DNA from: Alphaproteobacteria bacterium
GTDB lineage: Bacteria; Pseudomonadota; Alphaproteobacteria; UBA6615
DNA length: 48,015 nt
Direction of reading: 5' to 3'
Assembly (NCBI GenBank): GCA_018666195.1
Contig: JABJAG010000076.1
Location: 1-48,015, forward strand
The position numbers and the translations under genes are program-made. Below, in pieces: positions 8,130-17,037 of the stretch. Each line of letters opens with the position of its first letter. The stretch's first letter is position 1. Below the pieces are notes generated by a model, which was given only the letters and a program-made list of their open reading frames with translations, searched no databases and was not told the DNA's origin.

Positions 8130-10565
8130 ATGTTACGAGTTCTGGGATATCTGACGGGTTTCTTCCTGCTGTGCGGCCTGCTCGCCGTGGGCGGTGTGGT
8201 CTGGATATTCTGGACCTATGGCCAGGACCTGCCCGACTACACGCAGCTGGAAGACTATGCGCCGCCGGTCACAACCCGCGTACACGCCGGCGACGGCAGT
8301 TTGCTGGCCGAATTTGCGATTCAGCGACGCGTTTTCGTTCCCATCTCGACAATTCCTGAAATGGTCCGAAACGCATTTCTGGCGGCCGAAGATCAGAATT
8401 TCTATGCGCATCCGGGAGTCGATCCGGTTGGTGTCGCCCGCGCGATGGTCACGAATATCCAGAATCTGGGGACGGGGCGCCGACCCGAAGGCGCGTCCAC
8501 GATCACCCAGCAGGTGGCGCAGAACTTCCTGCTGACCAAGGATGTCTCGATCAAACGGAAGATCCGGGAGGCGATCATCTCGTTCCGCATTGAGCGGGCC
8601 TTCACAAAGGATCAGATCCTCGAGCTCTATCTGAACGAAATCTATCTCGGGTTTGGTGCTTATGGCGTGGCCTCGGCCAGTCTGAACTATTTCGACAAGC
8701 CGCTGAGCCAGCTGACAGCGGATGAAGCTGCGTTTCTGGCGGCTCTGCCCAAAGCCCCCAATAACTATAATCCTGTCACCAAACAGGCTTCCGCCGTGGC
8801 ACGTCGCAACTATGTTCTGGGCCGGATGGCCGAGGATGGCGTGATCACCGCTGCGGACGCGGCCGAGTTGAGCCAGCAGCCCATCCGTGTGTCGCAGGAG
8901 ATTCATACATCGGTGACCGAAGCGCCGTATTTCGCCGAAGATGTCCGCCGCGAACTCGTGGGACATGTTGGCGAGGACGGGTTGTACAAGGGTGGTCTTT
9001 CGGTTCGTACGACGCTTGATCCGCGTTTGCAGGGCATTGCCCGGGCAAGTTTGCGTGCGGGGCTGGTCGCCTATGATCGTAGGCATGGCTGGCGCGGCCC
9101 ACTCGCACAGCTTGATGGCGACCAAGCCTGGCAGGACGCACTGCTGAAAATTACCGTTCCATCAGGCGGCGGAGACTGGTTGCTGGCTGCGGTGATTGCG
9201 GTCACGACGGAGCAGGCTGAAATCGGATTTGTAGATGGCAGCACCGGCGTGATTCCGCTGGTTCAGCTGAAATGGGCGCGGAAATGGCTCAAGGGCGAAA
9301 ATCGCGGGCCACGCATCAAGTCTGCAGATGAGGTTCTGGCCGTGGGTGATGTTGTGTTTGCCTCTCCCAAAACCGAAGATTCCGAAGGCAAGGCCTATCC
9401 GGCAGGCACCTATCGGCTGGAGCAGGTGCCGGCGATCAACGGCGCGATCGTCGCAATTGATCCGCACACCGGGCGGGTGCTGGCGATGACCGGCGGCCTG
9501 GATTTTGCCCAAAGTGAATTCAACCGCGCGACCCAGGCCTCTCGCCAGCCCGGTTCTGCCTTCAAGCCGATTGTTTATATGGCCGGGCTCGACAACGGCT
9601 TTACCCCTTCGACGCGCATTCTTGATGCGCCGTTCGTCATCGATCAGGGGGCCGGGCAGGGCAAATGGAAGCCGGCCAATTATACCAAGAAATTTTATGG
9701 TCCGAGCCCCATGCGGCTGGGCATTGAGAAGTCACGCAATCTGATGACGGTACGCCTGGCCCAGACGATCGGCATGGAAAGTGTCGCCGTGCAGGCCGAG
9801 CGGCTGGGTGTGGTTGATAATCTGCCCCGCCATCTGAGCATGTCGCTTGGTGCAGGAGAGACCACGCTTATGCGCCTGACAGCGGCCTATGGCATGATCG
9901 TGAATGGCGGGAAGAAAATCACACCGACCCTGATCGACCGAATTCAGGATCGTACGGGTGCCACCGTATTTCGTCACGACAAGCGGCCATGCCCAGATTG
10001 CCAGCAGGGTGGATGGTTTGGTCAGGATCCCCCGCAGCTTCCCGATATGCGCGAGACGGTCATTGAACCGGGGACCGCCTACCAAATGGTCTCGATGCTG
10101 CAGGGCGTGGTGCAACGTGGCACCGGACGACGCATTGCCGAGTTGAAACTGCCACTTGGCGGGAAAACCGGAACGACGAACAAATCGATCGACACGTGGT
10201 TTGTCGGCTTTTCGCCTGATCTGGCCGTGGGTGTGTTTGTCGGATTTGATGAACCTCGCTCTTTGGGACGGCGCGAAACCGGGTCGTCTGTCCCGGCGCC
10301 GATCTTCAAGGATTTCATGCGACAGGCGCTAGAAGGACAGTCTGTTGTGCCGTTCCGGGTGCCGTCGGGAATTGCGTTGATGTGGGTAAACCCGGAATCA
10401 GGGTTTGCCGCGCTTCCGGGTGAGCGGGCGAGTATTCTGGAGGCTTTCAAGCCGGGCACCGTGCCGCCAACTGCCGAAGCAGGCCGGTTGTTGCCGACGA
10501 TTGGCGGCAATGTCCCGTCCGAAGCAGATACCAGCGCAAGCCGCCCGCGCCGGGGTATCTACTAA
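8130..10565 (+). CDS. mrcA: penicillin-binding protein 1A (bifunctional glycosyltransferase/transpeptidase)
   Basis: 811-aa ORF with an N-terminal TM segment, the GT51 motif [14 protein letters not shown], the transpeptidase motif SAFKP (SxxK) and KTGTTN. Confidence 0.9.
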   Translation: MLRVLGYLTGFFLLCGLLAVGGVVWIFWTYGQDLPDYTQLEDYAPPVTTRVHAGDGSLLAEFAIQRRVFVPISTIPEMVRNAFLAAEDQNFYAHPGVDPVGVARAMVTNIQNLGTGRRPEGASTITQQVAQNFLLTKDVSIKRKIREAIISFRIERAFTKDQILELYLNEIYLGFGAYGVASASLNYFDKPLSQLTADEAAFLAALPKAPNNYNPVTKQASAVARRNYVLGRMAEDGVITAADAAELSQQPIRVSQEIHTSVTEAPYFAEDVRRELVGHVGEDGLYKGGLSVRTTLDPRLQGIARASLRAGLVAYDRRHGWRGPLAQLDGDQAWQDALLKITVPSGGGDWLLAAVIAVTTEQAEIGFVDGSTGVIPLVQLKWARKWLKGENRGPRIKSADEVLAVGDVVFASPKTEDSEGKAYPAGTYRLEQVPAINGAIVAIDPHTGRVLAMTGGLDFAQSEFNRATQASRQPGSAFKPIVYMAGLDNGFTPSTRILDAPFVIDQGAGQGKWKPANYTKKFYGPSPMRLGIEKSRNLMTVRLAQTIGMESVAVQAERLGVVDNLPRHLSMSLGAGETTLMRLTAAYGMIVNGGKKITPTLIDRIQDRTGATVFRHDKRPCPDCQQGGWFGQDPPQLPDMRETVIEPGTAYQMVSMLQGVVQRGTGRRIAELKLPLGGKTGTTNKSIDTWFVGFSPDLAVGVFVGFDEPRSLGRRETGSSVPAPIFKDFMRQALEGQSVVPFRVPSGIALMWVNPESGFAALPGERASILEAFKPGTVPPTAEAGRLLPTIGGNVPSEADTSASRPRRGIY

Positions 10566-10573
10566 CAGGGCTA

Positions 10574-10601
10574 TTGACCGATTCAATCGGCACGTTAGTT
10601 T
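10574..10601 (+). promoter_or_regulatory. candidate prfB promoter
   Basis: TTGACC (10574-10579), a 16-nt spacer, then TAGTTT (10596-10601). It overlaps the small palindrome CCGATTcAATCGG. Confidence 0.3.
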
Positions 10602-10649
10602 TCACGAAACTTCGAATACCTCTCGACCCCATGTCCAACGGATAAAACC

Positions 10650-11796
10650 ATGCGTGCGGAAGTCAGCCAGCAGATCGATGCCATCCAGTCTTCGCTTTCT
10701 CTTATGCGGAGGCATCTTTGACTGGCCAAATGCCCTTAAACGCCTTGAAGAACTGAACGCCGAGGCCGAAGATCCCAGTCTATGGGAAAATCAGGAACGC
10801 GCGCAGATGGTTTTGCGCGACCGGACCCGGCTTGAAAAATCCATCGAACAGGTTCGTGGCATCGAGCAGGAACTCGATGATGCGGCCATGCTGATCGAGC
10901 TGGGTGAGGCCGAAGACGACTCCGATGTGGTCGCCGAAGCCGAAGTGACCATTGAAGGGCTGCAGCGGCGATCTGAAAAACTGGAGCTGGAGAGCCTGCT
11001 GTCCGGCGAAGTTGATGGCAATGATTGCTATATCGAAATCAATGCCGGTGCGGGCGGTACAGAATCCCAGGATTGGGCGGAAATGCTGGCCCGCATGTAT
11101 CTGCGCTGGTCCGAGAGCCATGACTACAAGATCGAGTGGATCGAAGAGAGCGCGGGTGAAGAGGCCGGGATCAAATCTGCAACCTTCAAGGTTGGCGGCC
11201 CGAATGCCTATGGCTGGATGAAGACCGAATCCGGTGTTCACCGGCTGGTTCGTATTTCACCCTATGACAGTCAATCCCGCCGGCACACGAGTTTCGCGTC
11301 CGTCTGGGTCTATCCGGTGATCGATGATGCCATCGAGATCGAGATCGAGGACAAGGATATTCGGGTCGACACCTATCGTGCGTCGGGTGCGGGCGGACAG
11401 CATGTGAACAAGACGGACAGTGCGGTTCGTCTGACCCATATCGAAACAGGAATTGTTGTGCAGTGCCAGAATGACCGGTCGCAGCATCGCAACCGGGCAC
11501 AGGCCATGGCGATGCTGCGTGCGCGTCTCTACGAGCATGAGACGCAGAAACGGGAAGCCGAAGCACAGGCTGAGCAGGATTCAAAAACCGATATTGGCTG
11601 GGGACATCAGATTCGCTCTTACGTTCTGCATCCCTATCAGATGGTCAAAGACCTTCGGACCAATGTTGAAACAGGCAACGCGCAGGCGGTGCTTGATGGT
11701 GACCTTGATCGGTTTCTGGAAGCCTCGCTGGCGTCGGTGTTGGGCAAGGACGCGGCCGAACCGGCCGACGCTGCCATCGAAACGCCGGACGCATAG
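10650..11796 (+). CDS. prfB: peptide chain release factor 2, join(10650..10718,10720..11796) via programmed +1 frameshift
   Basis: Frame 0 reads [23 protein letters not shown] and then TGA at 10719. The +1 frame continues [29 protein letters not shown], then the SPF tripeptide (RISPYDS) and the GGQ motif ([19 protein letters not shown]). Confidence 0.9.
10708..10722 (+). promoter_or_regulatory. RF2 autoregulatory +1 frameshift site
   Basis: GGAGG (10708-10712), CAT, then CTT TGA C. This is an internal SD-like element 3 nt before the CUU UGA C slippery/stop context, the same spacing as in E. coli prfB. Confidence 0.85.
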
Positions 11797-11816
11797 CGCG
11801 GGGGCTGGATCCGCGC
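11796..11816. terminator. short GC hairpin between the convergent prfB and DMT genes
   Basis: GCGCGG (11796-11801)/CCGCGC (11811-11816) with a 9-nt loop. There is no clear U-tract. Confidence 0.25.
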
Positions 11817-12734
11817 CTAATTTCGTGTGGAGAGAAAAATTCCGGGCAGAATCAGGAGCGCGCCGACCAGGTGGTAAGGCTCCAGACTTTCGCCGAGTAA
11901 CATCCAGGCCATCAGTGCCGTGTAGATCGGGGCGAGATAAAGAATCAATGCGGTGGGACTTGCACCGAGTGCCCGCTGGATACGGGCGTAGCCGAGATAG
12001 GCACCCAGGCCCGGCACGATGGCAACGATCAGCATGGCGCCAATCGTTTCGACATTGATTTCGATAACCTCACCGCCGATGTGTTCGACAACATGAAACG
12101 GCAGCAGTGTGATGGCGCCACAGAACATTGTGGCCGCGAACCGCACCTGACTGGGAAGCTGGCTCGGGCGATACCGCAGCATGACCGAATAGACCGCCCA
12201 GGCAATGGCCGCGGTCGCGATCCAGAGGTCACCGGGAACCAGTGAAAGAGTTCGCAGGGCATTCGCGTCGCCGCGGAAGACGATCACGAGGACACCGATC
12301 AGGGAAATCAAGATGCCGGCGGCTTTTGTGCGCCCGAGTGGCTCGCGATACATCAGCGTGGCCGCGGCGGCGATCAAAATGGGCGCGGAGGCATAGATCA
12401 GGCCGATATTCGTGGCCGATGTCGTGTCAGCGCCGATATAGACAAACGCCCCGCAAATCCCCATGCCGAGAATGCCAAGCACGAGCAGGTCGCGCCATTC
12501 CGCAACGATCTGATGGCGGTGCCGGATCAGGTCCGGCGCAATGGCCGGGAGAAACAGAAAAAACGCCAACGACCAGCGCCAGAAGGCAAGGGCGAAGGGC
12601 GGGATGAATTCATTGACCGCACGCGCGGTGATGATGTTGGTACTGAACAGGACGGGGATGAAAACCAGTAGCACCAAAGCAATCTGGCGCTCCCGCGGGT
12701 CAATGGCCGTGTTCTCTGGAGCTGGATTGGTCAT
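11817..12734 (-). CDS. DMT superfamily (EamA-like) transporter
   Basis: ORF 11817..12884. The preferred ATG at 12734 (MTNPAPENTAID) overlaps the upstream stop as ATGA. The protein is highly hydrophobic with multiple TM segments and has a duplicated EamA-like organisation. Confidence 0.8.
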   Translation of the reverse strand: MTNPAPENTAIDPRERQIALVLLVFIPVLFSTNIITARAVNEFIPPFALAFWRWSLAFFLFLPAIAPDLIRHRHQIVAEWRDLLVLGILGMGICGAFVYIGADTTSATNIGLIYASAPILIAAAATLMYREPLGRTKAAGILISLIGVLVIVFRGDANALRTLSLVPGDLWIATAAIAWAVYSVMLRYRPSQLPSQVRFAATMFCGAITLLPFHVVEHIGGEVIEINVETIGAMLIVAIVPGLGAYLGYARIQRALGASPTALILYLAPIYTALMAWMLLGESLEPYHLVGALLILPGIFLSTRN

Positions 12735-13543
12735 TCGCCGGCCATCAGATTCGTGTACCAGCCTTCGGGGAATTCGGCCTGATTTCGGGCGTCGACATTG
12801 AAGGGTGGTTTCAGATCGCCACGAAAATGCAGGGATACCAGATCGCGCCACAGGGTTTCGGGATCCTGCGCGCGGCGTTCGCATTCAAAGACAAACCATC
12901 GTTTGCCAATCCGGACATGGCCGATTTCGTCACGATAGATCGTTTCGAGAATATCTGCGGATATGTCGTCATCGACGCCGCGAAGTTTGTCGATCATCAT
13001 CGGGGTCACGTCCAGACCTCTGGCTTCCAGCACAAGCGGAACGATCGCCAGACGTGCGGCCAGATCATGTCGGGTTTCGGTGGCCGCATCCCACAGCCCG
13101 TCATGGGCCGGCAATTCGCCGTAAGCGGTGTCAAAGTCAGTGAGTCGGTCGGACAGAAGCTTGAAATGCCTGGCTTCTTCGCCGGCGACCAGTACCCAGT
13201 CATCGAAGAATGCGCGCGGCAGATCGGCGTTTGCGAAACGCAGGATGATGTCCCAGGCGAGATCGATCGCGTTGAGTTCGATATGCGAGAGGGCGTGGAG
13301 CAATGCGATGCGCCCGGCGGTGCCCCGATTGATCTTCCTTCGTGGCACGTCATAAGGCGCGAGCAATTGGGGCTTTTCCGGTCGCCCAGGTCGGTCAGGC
13401 GGGTTGGAGATACCAATCGCCACAATGGTGCCGTTCGACCAATGCGCAGCCGTTTCCAGCGACTTACGGGCTTTCTCTTCGGCATTGTTTGTGAGCAGAA
13501 CAGCTTTGGCTGCCTCTGCGAGGCTTGATGGCAGTGTCGTCAA
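12731..13543 (-). CDS. ferritin-like diiron protein, DUF455 family
   Basis: 270-aa ORF (TTG start candidate). Two E...ExxH pairs are visible: HIELNAIDL / GEEARHF and LVLEARGLD / RDEIGHV. Confidence 0.75.
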   Translation of the reverse strand: MTTLPSSLAEAAKAVLLTNNAEEKARKSLETAAHWSNGTIVAIGISNPPDRPGRPEKPQLLAPYDVPRRKINRGTAGRIALLHALSHIELNAIDLAWDIILRFANADLPRAFFDDWVLVAGEEARHFKLLSDRLTDFDTAYGELPAHDGLWDAATETRHDLAARLAIVPLVLEARGLDVTPMMIDKLRGVDDDISADILETIYRDEIGHVRIGKRWFVFECERRAQDPETLWRDLVSLHFRGDLKPPFNVDARNQAEFPEGWYTNLMAGE

Positions 13544-14004
13544 AGCGCCTGAACAGCCTCGAGCACAGCTTCGGCGTGACCGGCGACCTTCACCTTGCGC
13601 CAGACCTTGCGGACCTTGCCTTTACCATCGATCAAAAATGTTGCGCGTTCGATGCCCATGAACTTCTTCCCGTACATGGATTTCTCCACCCAGACTCCGT
13701 AGCGCTCACAGACATCGCCATCTGCATCGCTGGCGAGCAGAAACGGCAGTTCATACTTGGCCTTGAAATTGTCATGTCGCTTGATGCTGTCTTTCGAAAC
13801 ACCGATGACTTCGGCATCCAGCTTCGAGAAGTCGGGGGTCAGATCACGAAACGCACAGGCTTCGGTTGTGCAGCCGGGTGTGGAGTCTTTCGGGTAAAAA
13901 TAGAGAACGACGTTCTTCCCTTTCAGTCCCTTCAGGCTGACGGTTCCGTCCCCATCGGTTGTCATGGAGAAATCGGGTGCCTTATCGCCTTCATTGACAC
14001 TCAT
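13540..14004 (-). CDS. bcp: thioredoxin-dependent thiol peroxidase (Bcp/PrxQ peroxiredoxin)
   Basis: ORF 13540..14064. The preferred ATG is 14004 (MSVNEGDKAPDF). It carries the peroxidatic motif YFYPKDSTPGCTTEAC. Confidence 0.9.
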   Translation of the reverse strand: MSVNEGDKAPDFSMTTDGDGTVSLKGLKGKNVVLYFYPKDSTPGCTTEACAFRDLTPDFSKLDAEVIGVSKDSIKRHDNFKAKYELPFLLASDADGDVCERYGVWVEKSMYGKKFMGIERATFLIDGKGKVRKVWRKVKVAGHAEAVLEAVQAL

Positions 14005-14008
14005 CGTC

Positions 14009-17005
14009 TTAGTCCTTGTTTTGCGTGGTTTCGATTGCGGCGCGGCATTCATCTGCCGGCACATCGATTATGGTTCGAAAATGATCGTGCACTGTTTCTG
14101 CGGTCGCACGGAGATCGGCTTCCAGCGCTTCGAAATTAGTCTTTTGCCCGGCTTGTGCAAGCAGTTGCTTGAGGGGCGGTGAGAAGCTGTTTGGATCCGC
14201 AGGGCCGTCGAGGGTCAACCGCAACAATCCCTGCAATCGCCGCCATAGTCGGGTCGCGGAGATCAGTTGAACGGCTGTAACTTCGGGCAACACGCCGGCA
14301 ACAGCCAGGTTGCGATAGACGCTCACGGTGCCGGTGTTGAGGATTTCAGGGCGGGTATGCGCATGACGGAGTTGGAGGTACTGGGCGATGAATTCGCAAT
14401 CGACCAGCCCGCCCCGGACATGTTTGACGTTCCATGCGTTGTCCGTTCCATTTTCCTGTGTCATGCGCGCGCGCATTTCCGAGACTGAGATGAGCAAGTC
14501 ACCCACGGGGCGTTCGACCGTCAGCGCATCTGCAACGGCGGCTTCAATGCGCTGCTTGAAGTCGTCTGTGGCGCTGACAACCCGGGCGCGGGTGAGAGCG
14601 AGATGTTCCCAGGTCCAGGCACTGTCGTGCTGATAGTTCGAGAAGCTTTCCAGGCTCACCGAAAGAGGACCGGCATTGCCGGAGGGGCGGAGGCGCATAT
14701 CGACTTCGTAGAGCCGGCCTTCACCTGTCAGCGAGGTCACGGCATTGACGAGCCGTTGGCTGAACCGCTGATAGTAATGCGACAGCGACAGGGGTTTTGG
14801 TCCGTCAGACATAATGGCCGTGTCATCGCCAGCTGCCGGCGCGTCATAGAGGAAGACCAGATCAAGATCGGATGTTGCGGAGAGTTCGCGACCGCCGAGT
14901 TTCCCGAGTGCCAGGATGGCAAAACCGTCGCCCGGGCAGCGGCCATGTTTCTCGGTGAACTCGTCTTCGATACGCGGGAGCAGGCCCCGGAGTACCGTGT
15001 CGGCGATATCGGAAAAGGCCAGATCGGCACGGTCGATATCGCAGCTGTTGCGCAATATCTGAACACCGACCTGAAATTTTGCGTCATTGGCCCAGCGACG
15101 TGAGATATCCAGAATGTCCTGCATGTCAGGCGCGCGGGACAGGTTTTCTTCCAGTTCCGTCTGCATGGAATCCTGATCGGGAAGCGCGTCGAAGAAATCC
15201 CGTTGCAGCACACCATCCAGCAGCAAGGGGTTGCGCCCCAGCCATTCGGCGAGCCGAGGTGCACCGCCCACGATTTCGGCTACCAGTGTCAGCAGAGCAG
15301 GATTTGCCTGAAAGAGGGAGAACAACTGGACACCAGCCGGCAGGGCAGCGATGAAATCATCGAATTTGCGGAAGGCTGTGTCGGGATCAGAGGTCTTTGA
15401 AAGAGCGGTCAGCAACGCGGGCATGATCTCGGTCAGAATTTCGCGAGAACGATTGCTGCGGGTCGCGCGATGACGACCGTGATGCCACCCGCGCACTGCA
15501 GATGAAATGCCCACGGGATCACCAAACCCCATATCCGTCAGAGTTTTGATGGTGTCCGGATGGTCTTCACCGCCCGTGAATGCGAGTGCACCCGAACCCC
15601 CCAGCGAGGATGACTCCTCGAACAGATCGGCGTAGTGGCTCTCGATCTTGCGCAAATGCTGGAGCAGGTCCGTTTCGAACTCTTCCCGGCCTTCATAGCC
15701 CATGAACTCGGAGATGGCGTTGAGGCCTTCGTTTGTGTCCGGCAGGGAATGGGTTTGCTGGTCATCGACCATTTGCAGTCGATGTTCGAGGGTGCGGAGA
15801 AACCGGTAGCCCTCGATCATGTCTTTTGCGACATCAGGCTGGACGCGCTCTGCGGCAACCAGGCCCATGATGGCAGCTTCGGTCTGGGGCATGCGCAAAG
15901 CCGGGTTGCGGCCACCCCAGATGAGCTGCTGGGTTTGCGCAAAGAACTCAACTTCTCGAATTCCCCCGCGCCCAAGTTTGACGTTGTGTCCGGCGACGGC
16001 GACCGTGCTGCCCCCTTTGTGGGCATAAATCTGCCGCTTGATCGATTGGATGTCTTCGATCGCCGCAAAGTCGAGATGTCGACGCCAGACGAATGGCTGG
16101 AGCGTATCGAGGAACCGATTGCCTGCAACAATATCGCCAGCGACCGGGCGGGCCTTGATCATTGCTGCACGTTCCCAGTTCTGGCCGAGGCTTTCGTAGT
16201 AGGTTTCGGCAGCAAATGTTGAAATCGCAACCGGCGTGGCGCCCGGGTCGGGTCGAAGACGTAGGTCGGTGCGAAACACATAACCTTCGCCGGTGCGCTC
16301 ATCCATGGACTTCACGAGGCCACGGGTCATTCGAATGAAATGCTGCTGGATCTCCGCACTTTCAGCCGCCGGAGTGGTTTCGTCGTCGAACAAAACAATC
16401 AGGTCGATATCACTCGAATAGTTGAGTTCACACGCGCCCAGCTTGCCCATTCCCAGGATGATGAAACCGGAACCTGTTTCTGGTTTCTCGGGGTCAGGAA
16501 GACGAAGGATGTCGCGGTCATGTAAAGCGCGGAGCAGGTTGCCCGATGCCGTGGAGAGTGCCGTCTCACAGAAGCTGCTCAGGCATGCCGTGACCGTTTC
16601 AAGGGGCCACACACCGGAGAGATCACCCAGCGCGGTCAGCAATGCGACGCGTCGTTTTGCGCGACGCAGTGCGATGTCTGTATCTTTCAATGCGGCGCTG
16701 GGGTCGAGTGCATTCAGTTCTGCGATGACATATTTGAAAGCGGCGTCAGGGCCATCCCCGAATATGACCGGAAGAAATTCAATCTCACGCGCCAGGCTTT
16801 GGGTCAGAAACCCGCTATTGCCGAGAATCCCGCCAAGCAGGTCTCGCGTGCGCGGATCTTTCAGCAGATCGTCAACACAACGTTGTGTGGTGGGGCCGTC
16901 GGCCTTCTCTGCTTCTTCGCGCAAGCGCTCGATACCGCGCGCGACCCGTTCCGAGTCTGAGGAACGGGGCAGATGCGAAGAATTGGGTGTAAGTGCTTGG
17001 CTCAT
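14009..17005 (-). CDS. glnE: bifunctional glutamine synthetase adenylyltransferase/adenylyl-removing enzyme
   Basis: ORF 14009..17056 (the preferred ATG is 17005). It has two nucleotidyltransferase halves (GMGKLGACELNYSSDIDLIV and ALGKLGGRELSATSDLDLVF) and a GlnE-typical length. Confidence 0.9.
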   Translation of the reverse strand: MSQALTPNSSHLPRSSDSERVARGIERLREEAEKADGPTTQRCVDDLLKDPRTRDLLGGILGNSGFLTQSLAREIEFLPVIFGDGPDAAFKYVIAELNALDPSAALKDTDIALRRAKRRVALLTALGDLSGVWPLETVTACLSSFCETALSTASGNLLRALHDRDILRLPDPEKPETGSGFIILGMGKLGACELNYSSDIDLIVLFDDETTPAAESAEIQQHFIRMTRGLVKSMDERTGEGYVFRTDLRLRPDPGATPVAISTFAAETYYESLGQNWERAAMIKARPVAGDIVAGNRFLDTLQPFVWRRHLDFAAIEDIQSIKRQIYAHKGGSTVAVAGHNVKLGRGGIREVEFFAQTQQLIWGGRNPALRMPQTEAAIMGLVAAERVQPDVAKDMIEGYRFLRTLEHRLQMVDDQQTHSLPDTNEGLNAISEFMGYEGREEFETDLLQHLRKIESHYADLFEESSSLGGSGALAFTGGEDHPDTIKTLTDMGFGDPVGISSAVRGWHHGRHRATRSNRSREILTEIMPALLTALSKTSDPDTAFRKFDDFIAALPAGVQLFSLFQANPALLTLVAEIVGGAPRLAEWLGRNPLLLDGVLQRDFFDALPDQDSMQTELEENLSRAPDMQDILDISRRWANDAKFQVGVQILRNSCDIDRADLAFSDIADTVLRGLLPRIEDEFTEKHGRCPGDGFAILALGKLGGRELSATSDLDLVFLYDAPAAGDDTAIMSDGPKPLSLSHYYQRFSQRLVNAVTSLTGEGRLYEVDMRLRPSGNAGPLSVSLESFSNYQHDSAWTWEHLALTRARVVSATDDFKQRIEAAVADALTVERPVGDLLISVSEMRARMTQENGTDNAWNVKHVRGGLVDCEFIAQYLQLRHAHTRPEILNTGTVSVYRNLAVAGVLPEVTAVQLISATRLWRRLQGLLRLTLDGPADPNSFSPPLKQLLAQAGQKTNFEALEADLRATAETVHDHFRTIIDVPADECRAAIETTQNKD

Positions 17006-17037
17006 GGTGGCATTTTGATTTTCAAGCACAGTGATGT

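Noticed and set aside
8133-9125. Long antisense shadow ORFs. These include 8133..9125, 5274..6038, 20584..21558, 25624..26478, 27962..28720, 30322..31380, 36115..36879, 44884..45654 and 46191..46787.
   Set aside because: Each lies fully inside a well-supported gene on the opposite strand (mrcA, rne, tyrS, desulfurases, sufB/C, sufD/S, esterase, nadQ, dehalogenase). Their Arg/Gly/His-rich, domain-free translations are typical of GC-rich genomes.
10405-10649. An apparent 80-codon N-terminal extension of the RF2 ORF that overlaps the 3' end of mrcA.
   Set aside because: It is explained by the +1 frameshift architecture. The true prfB start is ATG 10650 in the other frame, and the extension is just open frame upstream of the shift site.
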